Assembly: GCF_006345805.1 (NCBI RefSeq)
Contig: NC_042998.1
Coordinates: forward strand, 183,458,001 to 183,522,000
Source of the DNA: Octopus sinensis
Lineage: Eukaryota
Reading direction: 5' to 3'
Length of the DNA: 64,000 nucleotides
The stretch's first letter is position 1. Every line of letters begins with the position of its first letter. The notes beneath the pieces were generated by a model. That model was not told the origin of the DNA. It did not search any database and saw nothing but the letters and a program-made list of their open reading frames with translations. This document shows, in pieces, positions 25,460-38,114 of the stretch. The position numbers and the translations under genes were made by a program.

Positions 25460-26695
25460 CTAGCAAACAGACTCTTCAGCACCATTTAGGGCTAAAAGTT
25501 TTAAGTCTCTATTCTCAAGATCAAGAGTCAGCTGCTCAACTTCTGCCTCAAGATTTTTATTTTTACGAAACATTTGGATGTAGTTGAGCTGCAACTGCTT
25601 CTGATAGCGAATCACCTTACTTTTTTCTTCAAGCCATTGGTCTCGTTCGTGCTCAAAGTCTTTCTTGTGCATACCTACTTGTTCTTTATATTGCTGTAGT
25701 TCCCATTGCAGTTCACCAATTAGTTTGCTCCTTACTGAACACAAAGACGGATCAGCACAGCCAAAAGCCATATTGTCTGACAAATTTTCAGTCTGGCAAG
25801 CAACATCACAGTGTTCTATGGAATAATTTGCATGAGAACAAGCAAGAAGACTCATTCTGTGTGAATGGGCTTCTTCCCCAGAAGCCTCATCAGTTGCTTT
25901 GTCTGAATTATCCATGCTGTTTCTCTTTTGAGCCTTTAGAGTGTTTGTTCTATGACTCGCTTTCAATAATTTCTGTGAAAACTCAGTAGTTTTCTGCAAC
26001 TCAGATCTAGATATTTCTAGTTGACATTTTGTAAACTCCAACTGTTTTTTTAACTCTTCAGTTTTATGTAATAAACTTTCTCTTTCTTTCAACAATTCAT
26101 TGTAAAGCTCTTGTAGTTTGTTCTTTTCTTGTTGCAGAATCTGAACTTGCACTCCAACTGATTGTTCATACTTAGCAGATTTCTTTTGTTGTACTTGGTT
26201 TCGCTTTTCATATTCTTCTTTGAGGTCCTTAAGTTCGTTGTGCCATAAATTCTTTTGTTCTTCATAGACTTGGAATATAGCTCTTTCATTCTTATCCATC
26301 ACTTCTCTAAGAGCCATTATTTCATGTTCTTTTTCTTTCAACATGGCCTCCAATTCTCCAACACCACTGTCACTAGGAGAAGGTGTGTCTATACAGTTTC
26401 CTAGTCGACTGCTGGACAAATGACTCACGCTCGATGTTCGGAGAGGATCTGCATGGTCAGAAGCCCGCAATTCACTAGGAAAACTGCTGGACGGGTCACT
26501 GTTGTTGGTTGGATGAGAGCTGGGCAATACATTTGCAGAGCTCTGATTAAGCAAATTGCACTCTTGTGACCCATATCCATCATCCATCGTAGGATGTTTC
26601 TGGTCATGGTAACTCTGACTATTGCTTCTTTTTACGTATCGGTTGGATACTACTGGTTTGAAAGCAATTGGTCGGACAAGACCTTTCCCTGGTGC
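25460..26695 (-). CDS. LZTS/Fez1-family (leucine zipper putative tumor suppressor 2-like) terminal coding exon
   Basis: Minus-strand acceptor TTTTCAG ends at 26696. The phase-0 frame APGKGLVRPIAFKPVV... runs into the 375-aa ORF. It has the LZTS motifs RPxAFKPV and SPSDSGVGELE, coiled coils, and the C-terminal WLEEKSKVIRYQKQLQLNYIQMFRKN Fez1 signature. Confidence 0.85.
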   Translation of the reverse strand, partial: APGKGLVRPIAFKPVVSNRYVKRSNSQSYHDQKHPTMDDGYGSQECNLLNQSSANVLPSSHPTNNSDPSSSFPSELRASDHADPLRTSSVSHLSSSRLGNCIDTPSPSDSGVGELEAMLKEKEHEIMALREVMDKNERAIFQVYEEQKNLWHNELKDLKEEYEKRNQVQQKKSAKYEQSVGVQVQILQQEKNKLQELYNELLKERESLLHKTEELKKQLEFTKCQLEISRSELQKTTEFSQKLLKASHRTNTLKAQKRNSMDNSDKATDEASGEEAHSHRMSLLACSHANYSIEHCDVACQTENLSDNMAFGCADPSLCSVRSKLIGELQWELQQYKEQVGMHKKDFEHERDQWLEEKSKVIRYQKQLQLNYIQMFRKNKNLEAEVEQLTLDLENRDLKLLALNGAEESVC

Positions 26696-27164
26696 CTGAA
26701 AATAGAAAAATTAAAGATAGAAAATTTTGAACACATGATTGAGAAAAAATATTTTATACTAGCAAGTAGGTCTCACACGAAACTAAAGTGAAAACTACAA
26801 CTAATGGCAGAGAATGGTGAGTCTGATACCAAGGCTATATGCCCTGTACAGAAATGAAAGTAAAATTTTATGAAAAGATATTTTCATATATTATAATTTC
26901 TCAAGAATACACAATGATATGTAGTAGATATAATAAAAACATAAATATACAAGTAATTAGAGATCAAAGAGCCATCATAGTTTTTGAGATGTTAATAGGA
27001 ATTGTCAAATATTGTACTGTTAGATTAGATTAAAGGTTGAAATTCTATCAGTGACAGAGCGATGAGTGTACAGAGTTAAGCATTGTCTAATATCAGTAAT
27101 AATTTATTAAATTTATAAAACTAACTTGTTCAAAATAAATGTAGAGAGACTAAATAAATGTGTA

Positions 27165-27560
27165 GGCGCAGGAGTGGCTGTGTGGTAAGTAGCTTGCTAA
27201 CCAACCACATGGTTCCGGGTTCAGTCCCACTGCGTGGCATCTTGGGCAAGTGTCTACTGCTATAGCCCCAGGCCGACCAATGCCTTGTGAGTGGATTTGG
27301 TAGACGGAAACTGAAAGAAGTCTGTCGTATATATGTATATGTGTGTGTGTGTGTGTTTGTGTGTCTGAGTTTGTCCCCCTAGCATTGCTTGACAACCGAT
27401 GCTGGTGTGTTTACATCCCCGTCACTTAGCGGTTCGGCAAAAGAGACCGACAGAATAAGTAAGTACTGGGCATACAAAGAATAAGTCCCGGGGTCGATTT
27501 GCTTGACTAAAAGCGGTGCTCCAGCATGGCCACAGTAAAATGACTGAAACAAGTAAAAGA
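27165..27560 (+). mobile_element. SINE family B, full length
   Basis: Same structure as 10684-11050. Partial B copies also lie at about 34085, 35150, 44440, 48660, 50565, 52760, 56085 and 61620. Confidence 0.85.
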
Positions 27561-30351
27561 GAGAGAAAGACTAAAAGAAACAACAGAAAATTTAAGAATT
27601 TAAAATGTTTTTTTCCAGTTTCATGATAATTATCAAAACTCGTTCTTAATCTCTATTATTCTGACTAACCCAATATCAAAGATATTTGAGAGTTCCAACT
27701 GTAACCACAGGTACGAAAACCAATAACTCAACAGTAGACTACCTGTCTTGACTGTATAATTCTTAAATTACTCAGTAACATTGCAACTTTAAATTAATAT
27801 GTAATGTAAGTCATAAGTTCCTTAAAGTACATCAATGTATAAGTGTTCCAAAATGACAAGAAAACCAACAAAAACAAAAATGTATGATCAAACAATGATC
27901 AAAAGATTATTACATGCTGGACAATTGTTAAGAAACAAAGAAAACTTATATTGATTTATAGTCGATGTTATGTAGTAGTTTCATGGTGTAAACAACGGGA
28001 TATGTTCATTAATTTTGATTGATTCATTCACATAATGAAGTATTCTTGAAGACATCAGAAAATAATGCAACAAGTTCATATTTCTTTTCTCTATAATTCT
28101 ACAACATACCTCATTAATTAAAAACAATATCAGATTTCACATTATAAGTGTAAAAGGATTTATATAGATTTAGCTTTAAACTAAAAGTGATAGCAAACTG
28201 GGATTAAAGCTGTATCGTGAACATCAACCACATTGATATTACGAATATGGGAAGCTAATACAAAGAGCGTGTGCACTTTCTCTGATTAATTATTAATAAT
28301 TCTGATTTATCTTCCTTCCTGAGCCACTGCTATATCTCTCAACTAAATGCACCTTCACCTTTATTCATCACTCAAGACATTCAGCTCTAATCCCATCTCT
28401 CCTTATCACTCTTATCAAACAACCTCCCCCCTCCTCATCCATTGACCATATCCTCTCTTATACCAACCTTTTTGTGCTGAAGCTTTGCTTTGGCATCTCA
28501 TTGCTACCATCTTTTTTTTTCTCCCTACCTACTATGATTTGTGTCCTTATATAATGTTGTGTGACCTTGTATCTCTTTCATAGCAAAACGCCTGTGCTTG
28601 GCCATCTATCATACATTTTAGCCCCTCAGTACTTGGCATAATACCACCTTCACCTAAGAGGGAGGTGAATATTTTTCTTCTTCCCCCTTTCTGTTCTTCT
28701 CTGTCTTGCAACTTAGCTGGTGGCACAAAAAAGTGCACCCAGCTATAGAAAACACAGCAAAGCTGACACTGGAGCTGGGTGCAGCCCTGCAGCTTGCCAG
28801 ATCCTGTCAAAATGTCCAACCCATGCCAGCATGGAAATGATAATCATGATGAAGAATTATCACCACTTTTCAATCTCATTAACTCAGTTAATCAACTGAA
28901 ACAGATGCTAGTTTTCTTTGCAGAAAGAAAAACAATATTATTTTCACCCCATGAGGTGTAACTGCAGTGAAAGAAAAAGAGGTTATTGTCATATTGCCAG
29001 GAATATGGCACGAAGTGAATCCAAAAATCTAGTCTTTGGTGATCAACTAAGTTATAATAGTGGTCAAATCTTGGAATCTGATATTATAAAGTGTGAAAAA
29101 CCAACCGAGATTGTACAAAATCACACTACTTACTTTGACCAAGTTTGTTCCTTTTAAAAATATTTGTTTTTGAGAAGTTATACCCGCAAATTCTCTTTTA
29201 CTGGTTCTAGCAGTGGGTTATGGTGAAACTGAAGTATCACCAGAAAAAATATAGTTTTCTGATGTTGAACATTTTAACATATTAGGAAACATTAGCTAAG
29301 CTTAAGAAATTATTGATGTATTTAGCTCCTTGTGGAAAAATTAAGGCCAGTGAAGGTCATTTTAGTAGCTGAAGATGAAGATGGAATCAACTGATTTCAA
29401 TATTAATTAAGAATAGGGGGAGTTTACGAAAAAAACAGAAGACGAAGACAGGTGGTGTACAAAACAAACAGATGTGTTAGTATAACACTCAGGAATAGAA
29501 AAAGTCTTTGACGTTTTGAGCCTACGCTCTTCTACAGAAAGGGACACAGAAAAAACAAGGAGAGAAAAAAGATGTGTGTAGTGGCTAACGATCTATCATG
29601 GCAACTCCTTAATTAAGAATACATCAGGATCTGCTTTCTCTTTCTTCCTCAGATACTGAGTATATAGAGAAGAAAACTACCTGAGAATGTAAACAAAAGT
29701 ATGCTTAGCCACAACTTATTTACATGGTTGATGGCAATAATTGCTAGTTTACCAATATGAATAAATATATAGTCTCATATTTAAGTGCGTTCAATCACCC
29801 TGTGTATTAGACTTAATTTCATAACAAGACTAAATATATATGAATATGAATCCACGTGCTGTACTGATACTCTCAAAATTAGTCTTCCCCAGTTTTCTTG
29901 TGTCTTTGAACTCAAACTAGAAGTCTCCCCCTCCTGCCTCTCTCTCACAGCCACTTGTTAATTATCCAGCTAATTATGGCATTCTTTCACCCATCCTAGT
30001 CATCTCACACCAACAGCTAATTTCTTGCTAGATGATAAAAGCAAGCTGAGTTCTCTTCTTAAGACACACTATAATTCCCAAGAGAATAAAAACTGATATA
30101 CAATGAACCAGGAGATCTAACAGCCAGTCTGATAAATGACTTTTTAATACACCAACAGTTTATAAGTTTTAGTCAATTAATGTTTCTTCTATTAAATTAG
30201 TATTTTTCTGAATGTTAGTGCACATATCTCTTTTCCCCACGATCACCACTGCAATCTGCGTCTCCAGACCCCATATTTCCCTAATATTATCCAAATCCCC
30301 TTCCAAAACCACACCCTTTGGGACCTCTAACTCAATTTCATTTTTCTTTAA

Positions 30352-30570
30352 CCCTTTAATGTTCAGCTTACTCTGTTAAATGTAATATTTTTTTTACTCA
30401 AATTGTTTTTAATTAATCATGCAATATCTTATAGCTTTGAGGTTTCAATGATGCAATTGTTCATTTTTAGAATGTCAATGTAGGTTAGGTGTGAGGCCTG
30501 ATCTGGTCAGTTTAAACATAAAATAGGTAGAAAACTTCGGCCGGATATGGCCAGTTTAAACACTAAAGCG
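30352..30570. mobile_element. piggyBac-like MITE 1, uninterrupted (partial copies at 8306-8492 and 11268-11447)
   Basis: TTAA on both sides (30348-30351 and 30571-30574). The internal TTAA at 30556-30559 is empty. Confidence 0.78.
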
Positions 30571-30720
30571 TTAAACCTCTGGTCTCTAACAAAACAGTGT
30601 TTTAATGTCCATTTTCCCATACTCACACAGACGAAATGGACTTTGTTGGGGTGGATTTTCTATGGTCAGATGCCCTTCCTTTTGCCAACCTTCACCTATT
30701 TCCAAGTAAGGTAATATTAC

Positions 30721-30950
30721 CTATTTCTTTACTACCCACAAGGGGCTAAACACAGAGAGGACAAACAAGGACAGACAAACGGATTAAGTTGATTACATCA
30801 ACCCCAGTGCGTAACTGGTACTTAATTTATCGACCCCAAAAGGAAGAAAGGCAAAGTCGACCTCGGTGGAATTAGAACTCAGAACGTAACGGCAGACGAA
30901 ATATGGCTACGCATTTCGCCCGGTGTGCTAACGGTACTGCCAGCTCGTCC
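30721..30950 (-). mobile_element. SINE family A
   Basis: Full-length reverse-complement copy. Confidence 0.8.
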
Positions 30951-31129
30951 CCATGACCAGACATATTCCCACAGAACATTGGAATCAGTAACACTCATTT
31001 ACAACAATCATGTGATCTCAAAGCAAGGGGACAGTAACACACATAATAACTGCCCCTCCTCCTCAGTTAACAAAACAGAAGTGGGAGTTTACAGTACATT
31101 TTCTGTATGTCCACATTTCAAACTTACTG

Positions 31130-31420
31130 AAATCATCATCATCATCATCGTTTAACATCCGCTTTCCATGCTAGTATGGGTTGGACGATTTGACTGAGGT
31201 CTGGTGAACCAGATGGCTGCACCAGGCTCCAATCTGATCTGGCTGAGTTTCTACAGCTGGATGCCCTTCCTAACACCAACCACTCTGGGAGTGTAGTGGG
31301 TGCTTTTATGTGCCACCGGCACGAGGGCCAGTCAGGCAGTACTGGCAACGGCCACGCTCAAATGGTGCTTTTTATGCGTGGCCGTTGCCAGTACCGCCTG
31401 ACTGGCCCTCATGCTGGTGA
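31130..31420 (-). mobile_element. RTE 3' UTR-only copy
   Basis: (ATC)n-GTTTAACATCCGCTTTCCATGCTAG... is the reverse complement of the RTE tail. Confidence 0.78.
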
Positions 31421-31789
31421 ATTATGTTTTTTATTATCTGGACTATTAACTGCATCTTTCGCATTTTATTTTATTTATATTTTCTTTTGTTTTGTCTTTT
31501 CCCTAATCTAATTTGAACTTAAAAACCCTATTTTTTTAATACTGTAGTTCAACATTCTTAATATAAACACATTTAGGTGTAATTAAGAGACTGGAAAATT
31601 TAAATTATTGTTATAGTTCGGACATTTTCTATGGAACCAGTATATCATTTAGTATTTTTCATTCCATCTGTAGAATGTAAAACTATGTACTAAACCATGA
31701 TTTTCATTAGAACTTGGCAACTGAAGAACACATTTTACAGAGAGTAGTTAAGAAGATGCTGCATAGTTAAACTTGGACATCTGTCAAAG

Positions 31790-32148
31790 TTATCATCATC
31801 ATCATTTAGCGTCCGCTTTCCATGCTAGCATGGGTTGGACGGTTCAACTGGGGTCTGTGAAGCCGGAAGGCTGCATCAGGCCCAGTCTGATCTGGCAGTG
31901 TTTCTACGGCTGGATGCCCTTCCTAACGCCAACCACTCCGTGAGTGTAGTGGGTGCTTTTTACGTGCTACCCGCACAGGTGCCAGACGGAGCTGGCAAAC
32001 GGCCACGAACGGATGGTGCTTTTACGTGCCACCGGCACGGGGGCCAGGTGAGGCTGGCAATGGACACGAACTGATGGTGCTTTTACGTGCCACCGGCATG
32101 GGCCAGGCGAGGCTGGCAACAGACACGAACGGATGGTGCTTTTACGTG
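31790..32148 (-). mobile_element. RTE 3' UTR-only copy abutting the GCGCAT array
   Basis: Reverse-complement tail plus about three modules. Confidence 0.8.
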
Positions 32149-32630
32149 CGTGTCCGTTGCACATGTACATGCACGCGCACGTTCGCGCATGGGCACTTGC
32201 ACGTTCGTGCATGCGCACTTACACGTTCACGCATGCGCACTTACACGTTCACGCATGCGCATATACACGTTTGCGCAAGCACACCTTCGCGCAAGTACGC
32301 GCATGCGCACTCACACGTACACGCACTCACATGTACGTGCAAGCAAACGTTCGCGCATGCGCACTTACACGTTCGCGCATGCGCACTTACACGTTTGCGC
32401 ATGCGCACTTACACGTTCGCGCATGCGCACTTACACGTTGGCACACGCGCACTCACACGTACACGCATGCGCACCCACACGTAGCGCATGCGCAAGCAAA
32501 CATTCGCGCATGCGTTCTTACACGTACGCGCATGCGCATGTGCATCCACACATACGCGCAAGCACACATACACGCATGCGCTAGCAAATATTCGCGCATG
32601 CGCACTGACACGTACGCGCATGTGCACGCA
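32145..32630. repeat. CpG-rich minisatellite, 22-bp unit CACGTTCGCGCATGCGCACTTA
   Basis: Unit read directly from the sequence; eight exact GCGCATGCGC copies. Confidence 0.9.
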
Positions 32631-33284
32631 CTTAAGTTAAATAGAAAATAAGCCAAGTTAAAATTAGATTGTCTTCACAGTTATGTAATATGTTTTCACT
32701 AGAAGATAGAGTTGAGATAAATTTAGACAACTGTAAAAGTTATGTTACATATGAGAACAGCAATGCGATATATTTGGGTTAAAAACCTGCACACTGAACA
32801 GTTTTAAGTATAAACAACTGGAAATAATTTGGCAGACTAAAGTATGAATGATAGTTCATGTCTATAGAACTGAAGGACACACTCATTGTCATCGTCGTCA
32901 TCATCATCGTAACCACTTTTACTGACACCATTTTCATCATTCCTAAGAATAACAATATAACCATCACTGCTGCCAAAATCATCCCCATCAACATAGCTAC
33001 TACAATTTCATCATCATTGTTTAAAATTCATTTTCTTTGATGGCATGTGTTGGATGGTTTGACAAGCACCAATGTGCCAGAGAGCTGTGTCAAGCTCCAG
33101 TGTCTGCTTTGGCTAAGTTTCCATGACTGTGTGCTCTTCTTAATGCCAACCATTTCACAGAGTTTATCAGGTACTTTTTACACATGATACCAGCACTAGT
33201 TACATGTATAGTAAGACTCTTCAACTGAGGCGGGTATAGTATTGAAAAAGGTGGCTTTATGCCAAGCGAAGAGAGATTGAAGTA

Positions 33285-33321
<37 letters not shown>

Positions 33322-33454
33322 CTTGGCTACCTTAGTTAGAAAAGAAGGCAAATGATACAGAGGTGTCAGGGTATATCCACAAGCAGAGGAAGGTTATTAT
33401 AAAGAGAAGTGGTTCAGAAGATTGGACCACTACATAAACCATCACCATCATCAA

Positions 33455-33684
33455 GGCGGCGAGCTGGCAGAAACGTTAGCACGCCGGGCGAAATGCTTAG
33501 CGGCATTTCGTCTGTCGTTACGTTCTGAGTTCAAATTCCGCCGAGGTCGACTTTGCATTTCATCCTTTCGGGGTCGATAAATAAAGTACCAGTTTCGCAC
33601 TGGGGTTGATGTAATCAACTTAATCCGTTTGTCTGTCCTTGATTGTCCCCTCTATGTTTAGCCCGTTGTAGGCAGTAAAGAAAT
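33455..33684 (+). mobile_element. SINE family A
   Basis: Full-length copy from GGCGGCGAGCTGGCAG to AAAGAAATA. Confidence 0.82.
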
Positions 33685-33715
33685 ATATATATATATATAT
33701 ATATATCGATATATT

Positions 33716-34035
33716 ACTGGCACTCCGTCACTTATGACGACGAGTGTTCCAGTTGATCCAATCAACGGAATAGCTTGTGAGATTAACATACAAGTGGCTG
33801 AGCACTCCACCGATACACATACCCCTTCACAAACTTCTCAGGGAAATTCAGCGTGAAACAGAGTGTGAAAAGGCTGGCCCTTTGAAATACAGGTACAACT
33901 CATTTTTGCCAGCTGAGTGGACAGGAGCAATATGAAATAAAGTGTCTTGCTCAAGGACACAACATGCAGTTGGGAATTGAACTTGTAACCTTACGATTGT
34001 AAGCCGAATACCCTAACCACTAAGCCATGTGCCTT
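33716..34035 (-). mobile_element. tRNA-derived SINE family D (another copy at 62325-62625)
   Basis: Minus strand has the head GGCTTAGTGGTTAGGGTATTCGG...GTTCAATTCC, then GTGTCCTTGAGCAAGACACTTT, and a tail ending GTCGTCATAAGTGACGGAGTGCC. Confidence 0.78.
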
Positions 34036-34717
34036 CACACACACACAATGGGATTCTTTTAGTTTCTGTTTACCAAATCGACTCACATGGCTTTGGTTGA
34101 CCTGGAACTATAGCAGCAGAAGGTACTTGTCCAAGGTGCTGTGTTGTGGGACTGAATCTGAGTCCACACGGCAGGGAAGTAAGCTTCTTAACCATACAGC
34201 CATGCCTGCGCCTGCATAGCTCAGCCTGAAGGTCATCGGTCTTTTAAGGTTATTTATATCACTATCTATAAATACTGGCAACACCATTCCAAAATTATTG
34301 TCTCTTCTTTTCTGACAGACACACATGCATACACACACGTGCACACACGCACACAATGCAATTTCTTTTCTAGATAATTCTTTCTCTAAATTGCAGAAGA
34401 CCAATAATAAATTCTGAAGAATTAGGTTTAGTAGTAGCTGATACACCCCATTCTACCTTGCCGAACCGAGCAACAATCAATAGCAAAAACTCCAGACATA
34501 TCCACACAGAACTGTCAGCAGTCAAAATGGTAACATGCTCTGGCTGCTATAATAACCACACAGAACGCATCTAGGATGCAGTGCGCAACATTCATTTTTT
34601 TTCTCTCTTTTCTGGTTTCAGTCAATGGTCTGAGGCCATGCTGGAGCACAGCTTTCAAGAATTTTATACTTGATTATATTGACACTAGTACTGTGCCTTG
34701 CTGCATTATTTATTTTG

Positions 34718-35015
34718 TTTGTTCTTTCTCAAGCCATGCCTGGCTCATTAGGGCCGGTTTCCCGGTTTCCTTGGCGTATAGGTTCCCCACCTGGACGGGA
34801 TGCCGGTCCATCGCAGGTGAGCTGCAACATGCAGGAGGAAAGAGTGAGAGAAAGTTGTGGCAAAAGATTCAGCAAAAGTTCGCCATTACCTTCTGCTGGA
34901 GTCACGTGGAGCTTAGGTGTTTCACTCATAAACACACACATCGCCCGGTCTGAGATTCGAACCTGTGATCCCTCGACTGCGTGTCCGCTGCTCAAACCAC
35001 TAGGCCATGTGCCTC
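34718..35015 (-). mobile_element. tRNA-derived SINE family E
   Basis: Minus strand has the head GAGGCACATGGCCTAGTGG...GGTTCGAATCTC and the tail GAGCCAGGCATGGCTTGAGAAAG. Confidence 0.8.
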
Positions 35016-35604
35016 TACTGCATCATTTATTCTTGATAGAAGACACGAAATGCAAAGCAGATGACATTGGCATAAGAGGAGACAACTCAGTTGGACATAA
35101 ATATCACAATGCGTTTCTGTTTGAATCTACCAGTTTTCACCTAGTGTCAATATAAACATACACATACAGTCTCTGTCTATCAAATTTCACCCACAAGGCA
35201 TTGGTTGGTCTGAGCCTGATGTAGAAGACACTTGCCAAAAATGACATGCATATGGTTGTGAAGCAATTTTCTTTACCAACAGCCATGCCTGCACCATTAT
35301 ATATAAGGCAGCAAGAATGTGATGTATGTTGTGTGAATGATGAGTAACACAATCTCTAATCTTTAATTGGCTATTTTCATGAAATAGCTTCATTGCTGGA
35401 GGTAGGAAGGAGAGTTCTTATGGCTTCATAGATTTATTTAGATTGATGGAAATGATGTCATTGAAGTTCATATTGACATTCTGCAGGTTGACACCTGAAG
35501 GAAAAACATGGGCACAAACGAATTTCTATTTTTATTTTTGATTCTCTGGTGAAAAGAGCTGCACTAATAGCTTTCACTGGCCATCTAGAGCTAATGATAT
35601 AGAC

Positions 35605-35965
35605 GTGGTAAAATCAAAATCAAATGGAAATTGTAGTTGTGATACCCATGCCGGTGGCACGTAAAAAGCACCATCCGAACGTGGCCATTGCCAGTGCCGC
35701 CTTGACTGGTGTCCGTGCTGGTAGCATGTAAGAAGCACCAACTGATTGTGGCCATTGCCAGCCTCCTCTGGTCCCTGTGCTGGTGGCACATAAAAAGCAC
35801 CCACTACACTCATGGAGTGGTTGGCATTAGGAAGGGCATCCAGCTGTAGAAACACTGCCAGATCAGACTGGAGCCTGGTGCAGCCTCCTGGCTTCCTAGA
35901 CCCCAGTCGAACCATCCAACCCATGCTAGCATGGAAAACGGACGTTAAATGATGATGATGATGGT
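35605..35965 (+). mobile_element. RTE 3' UTR-only copy (three modules)
   Basis: ATCAAATGGAAATTGTAGTTGTGATACC start and a (GAT)n tail. Confidence 0.8.
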
Positions 35966-36948
35966 GGTAAAGTTAACATCTCTCTTGAGGAGTTCGAAGG
36001 TTATGGCTTCAGGAAAAACAAGTGCAGTAAATAAATACCAAAAGATTCATATATCAAAGAAGAAGGTCTGACAAGTGGTTGGTGCAGGGTCTAGGAGTAG
36101 GATGTTAACACAACATGGGTGACAAATAAGTGAGATGGGCCTGAACAGAAGCAACATAAGAGCAATCAAGTCCAAGGAGCAAATGGCATTGTAAGTATCA
36201 GCATGTTTGTGAGGCGAAGACTGGAGTGTGTTTGTTGGTGAGTGACCACATGCTAATGAAGAATTGAGCAAAGTGTTTAGTTCAAGGCTTGGTTGAACTG
36301 AGATGCTTCAAGAGTTATGATTAGAGGAAAGATAAGGACATCAGATGAGCTGGGGTGGAGATGATATTCCAGGTGTTGTTCAGATAGGAGAAGAAACAGA
36401 ATGTTTGTCAAGTAATGGATATAGTGTGTTAATGAGTGAATCTTTACAGATCAGCTGAACAACTTTCTTTAGATATGTGAACAGTATTTGAGCTTTTTAA
36501 AAGGTAAGCAACTGATCAGAGCTGAATTATTTTCTGTCCCCCCTCCCACCGTGAACACAAAACTAGTAATTCTGATCTTGTTTTAGCAATGCCATACCTG
36601 TAAGAATAGTTAGCTTCAACAAAGCTGACTGGCATGACAATAACATTTATTCTCAGTATCCATATGTAATTTCAATATCAACAACCACATTTTTACCATT
36701 TTCTTTGCAACAATAATTACAGTTGCTATATTTTTTTGGAAAGTACTACTTCATATCTATTTTTCCAAATGAAAATAGCAAGAAGGTATGTAAACTGATG
36801 AGTATTCTTACAGTAAAATGATATTATTATTGAGAGTAAGTATAATACAATATGCATCAAAAGATGAGTTACACATGTCAAAGCACCTTCCTTTTTTTTA
36901 ATAATAATAATAATAATAATATAGTGTTTAAAAATTAATGTAATGGAA

Positions 36949-37167
36949 GGGTGGCATGCTGGCAGAATAGTTAGCACACTGGGCAAAATGCTTAGCAGTA
37001 TTTCGTCTGCCGCTACGTTCTGAGTTCAAATTCCGCCGAGGTCGACTTTGCCTTTCATTCTTTCAGGGTTGATTAAATAAGTACCAGTTACGCACTGGGG
37101 TCGATATAATCGACTTAATCCGTTTGTCCTCTCTGTGTTTAGCTCCTTGTGGGTAGTAAAGAAATAG
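36949..37167 (+). mobile_element. SINE family A
   Basis: Full-length copy. Confidence 0.8.
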
Positions 37168-37783
37168 GAAGGGGTTTTTTTTGTTCACATGTTTTAATGT
37201 TTATTTTTCCATGTCTGCATGGGTTAGGTGAATACATTACTAAGACATTGTTTTACAGCTAGATGCAGAGGCATGTCATAAGTTTTGGCTACTCTCAGCT
37301 GTAGCCAAACTAGTTGCCCTTTTCTTAAATACAGCATACCTCTGGCTACAGCAAATGTTAGGAAGGTAGTTTCTGAAGTCATAAAGTGGTTGGTATTAGG
37401 ACATCCAGCTGTAGAAACCATACCAAAACAGACATTGGAGTTCAACACAGTGTCCTGACCTGCTGGATTCTGTCAAACTGTCCAACCCATGCAAGCATGG
37501 ATTGCAGACACTAAATGATGATGACGTTCTTATAGCATAGAATAAATGTCAATGTAACAGATTCTATTGCTATGTAGGAAATGGGCTTTTAGAAAATGTA
37601 AGGAATAGTTAAATACAGTTTACTTTGTGCAAGTAATGGATTATAGTCAGTATTTTAGATGTTGATGTATAGGAATAATTTAGCTGATAGGATGTCCCTA
37701 AAATGAAACCAATAAATTGCTCAGATAACCCACCTGGCATAACTAATAGATTTCAGTTAATTAAACGGTCTAATTAGTACATG

Positions 37784-38083
37784 TTTGTTCCTTCTCAAGC
37801 CATGCCTGGCTCATAAGGGCCGGTTTCCCGGATTCCTTGGCGTATAGGTTCCCCACCTGGACGAGACGCCAGTCTGTCGCAGGTGAGCTGCAAGAAGCAG
37901 GAGGAAAGAGTGGGAGAAAGTTGTGGCGAAAGAGTCAGCAGAAGTTCGCCATTACCTTCTGCTAGAGCCACGTGGAGCTTAGGTGTTTCGCTCATAAACA
38001 CACACGTCGCCCGATCTGAGATTCAAACCCGCAATCCCTTGACCGTGAGTCTGCTGCTCTAACCACTAGGCCATGTGCCTCCA
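37784..38083 (-). mobile_element. SINE family E with a 14-bp target-site duplication
   Basis: CTAATTAGTACATG occurs at 37770-37783 and 38084-38097. Confidence 0.88.
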
Positions 38084-38114
38084 CTAATTAGTACATGAAG
38101 TAGATGGAGAGAAT

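Noticed and set aside
32026-32656. Overlapping 150-170-aa ORFs rich in His/Ala/Arg/Thr
   Set aside because: These are translations of the stop-free 22-bp minisatellite.
36050-36480. Possible ancient CR1-like coding remnant on the minus strand
   Set aside because: Only scattered short motif resemblances, too decayed to call without a profile search.
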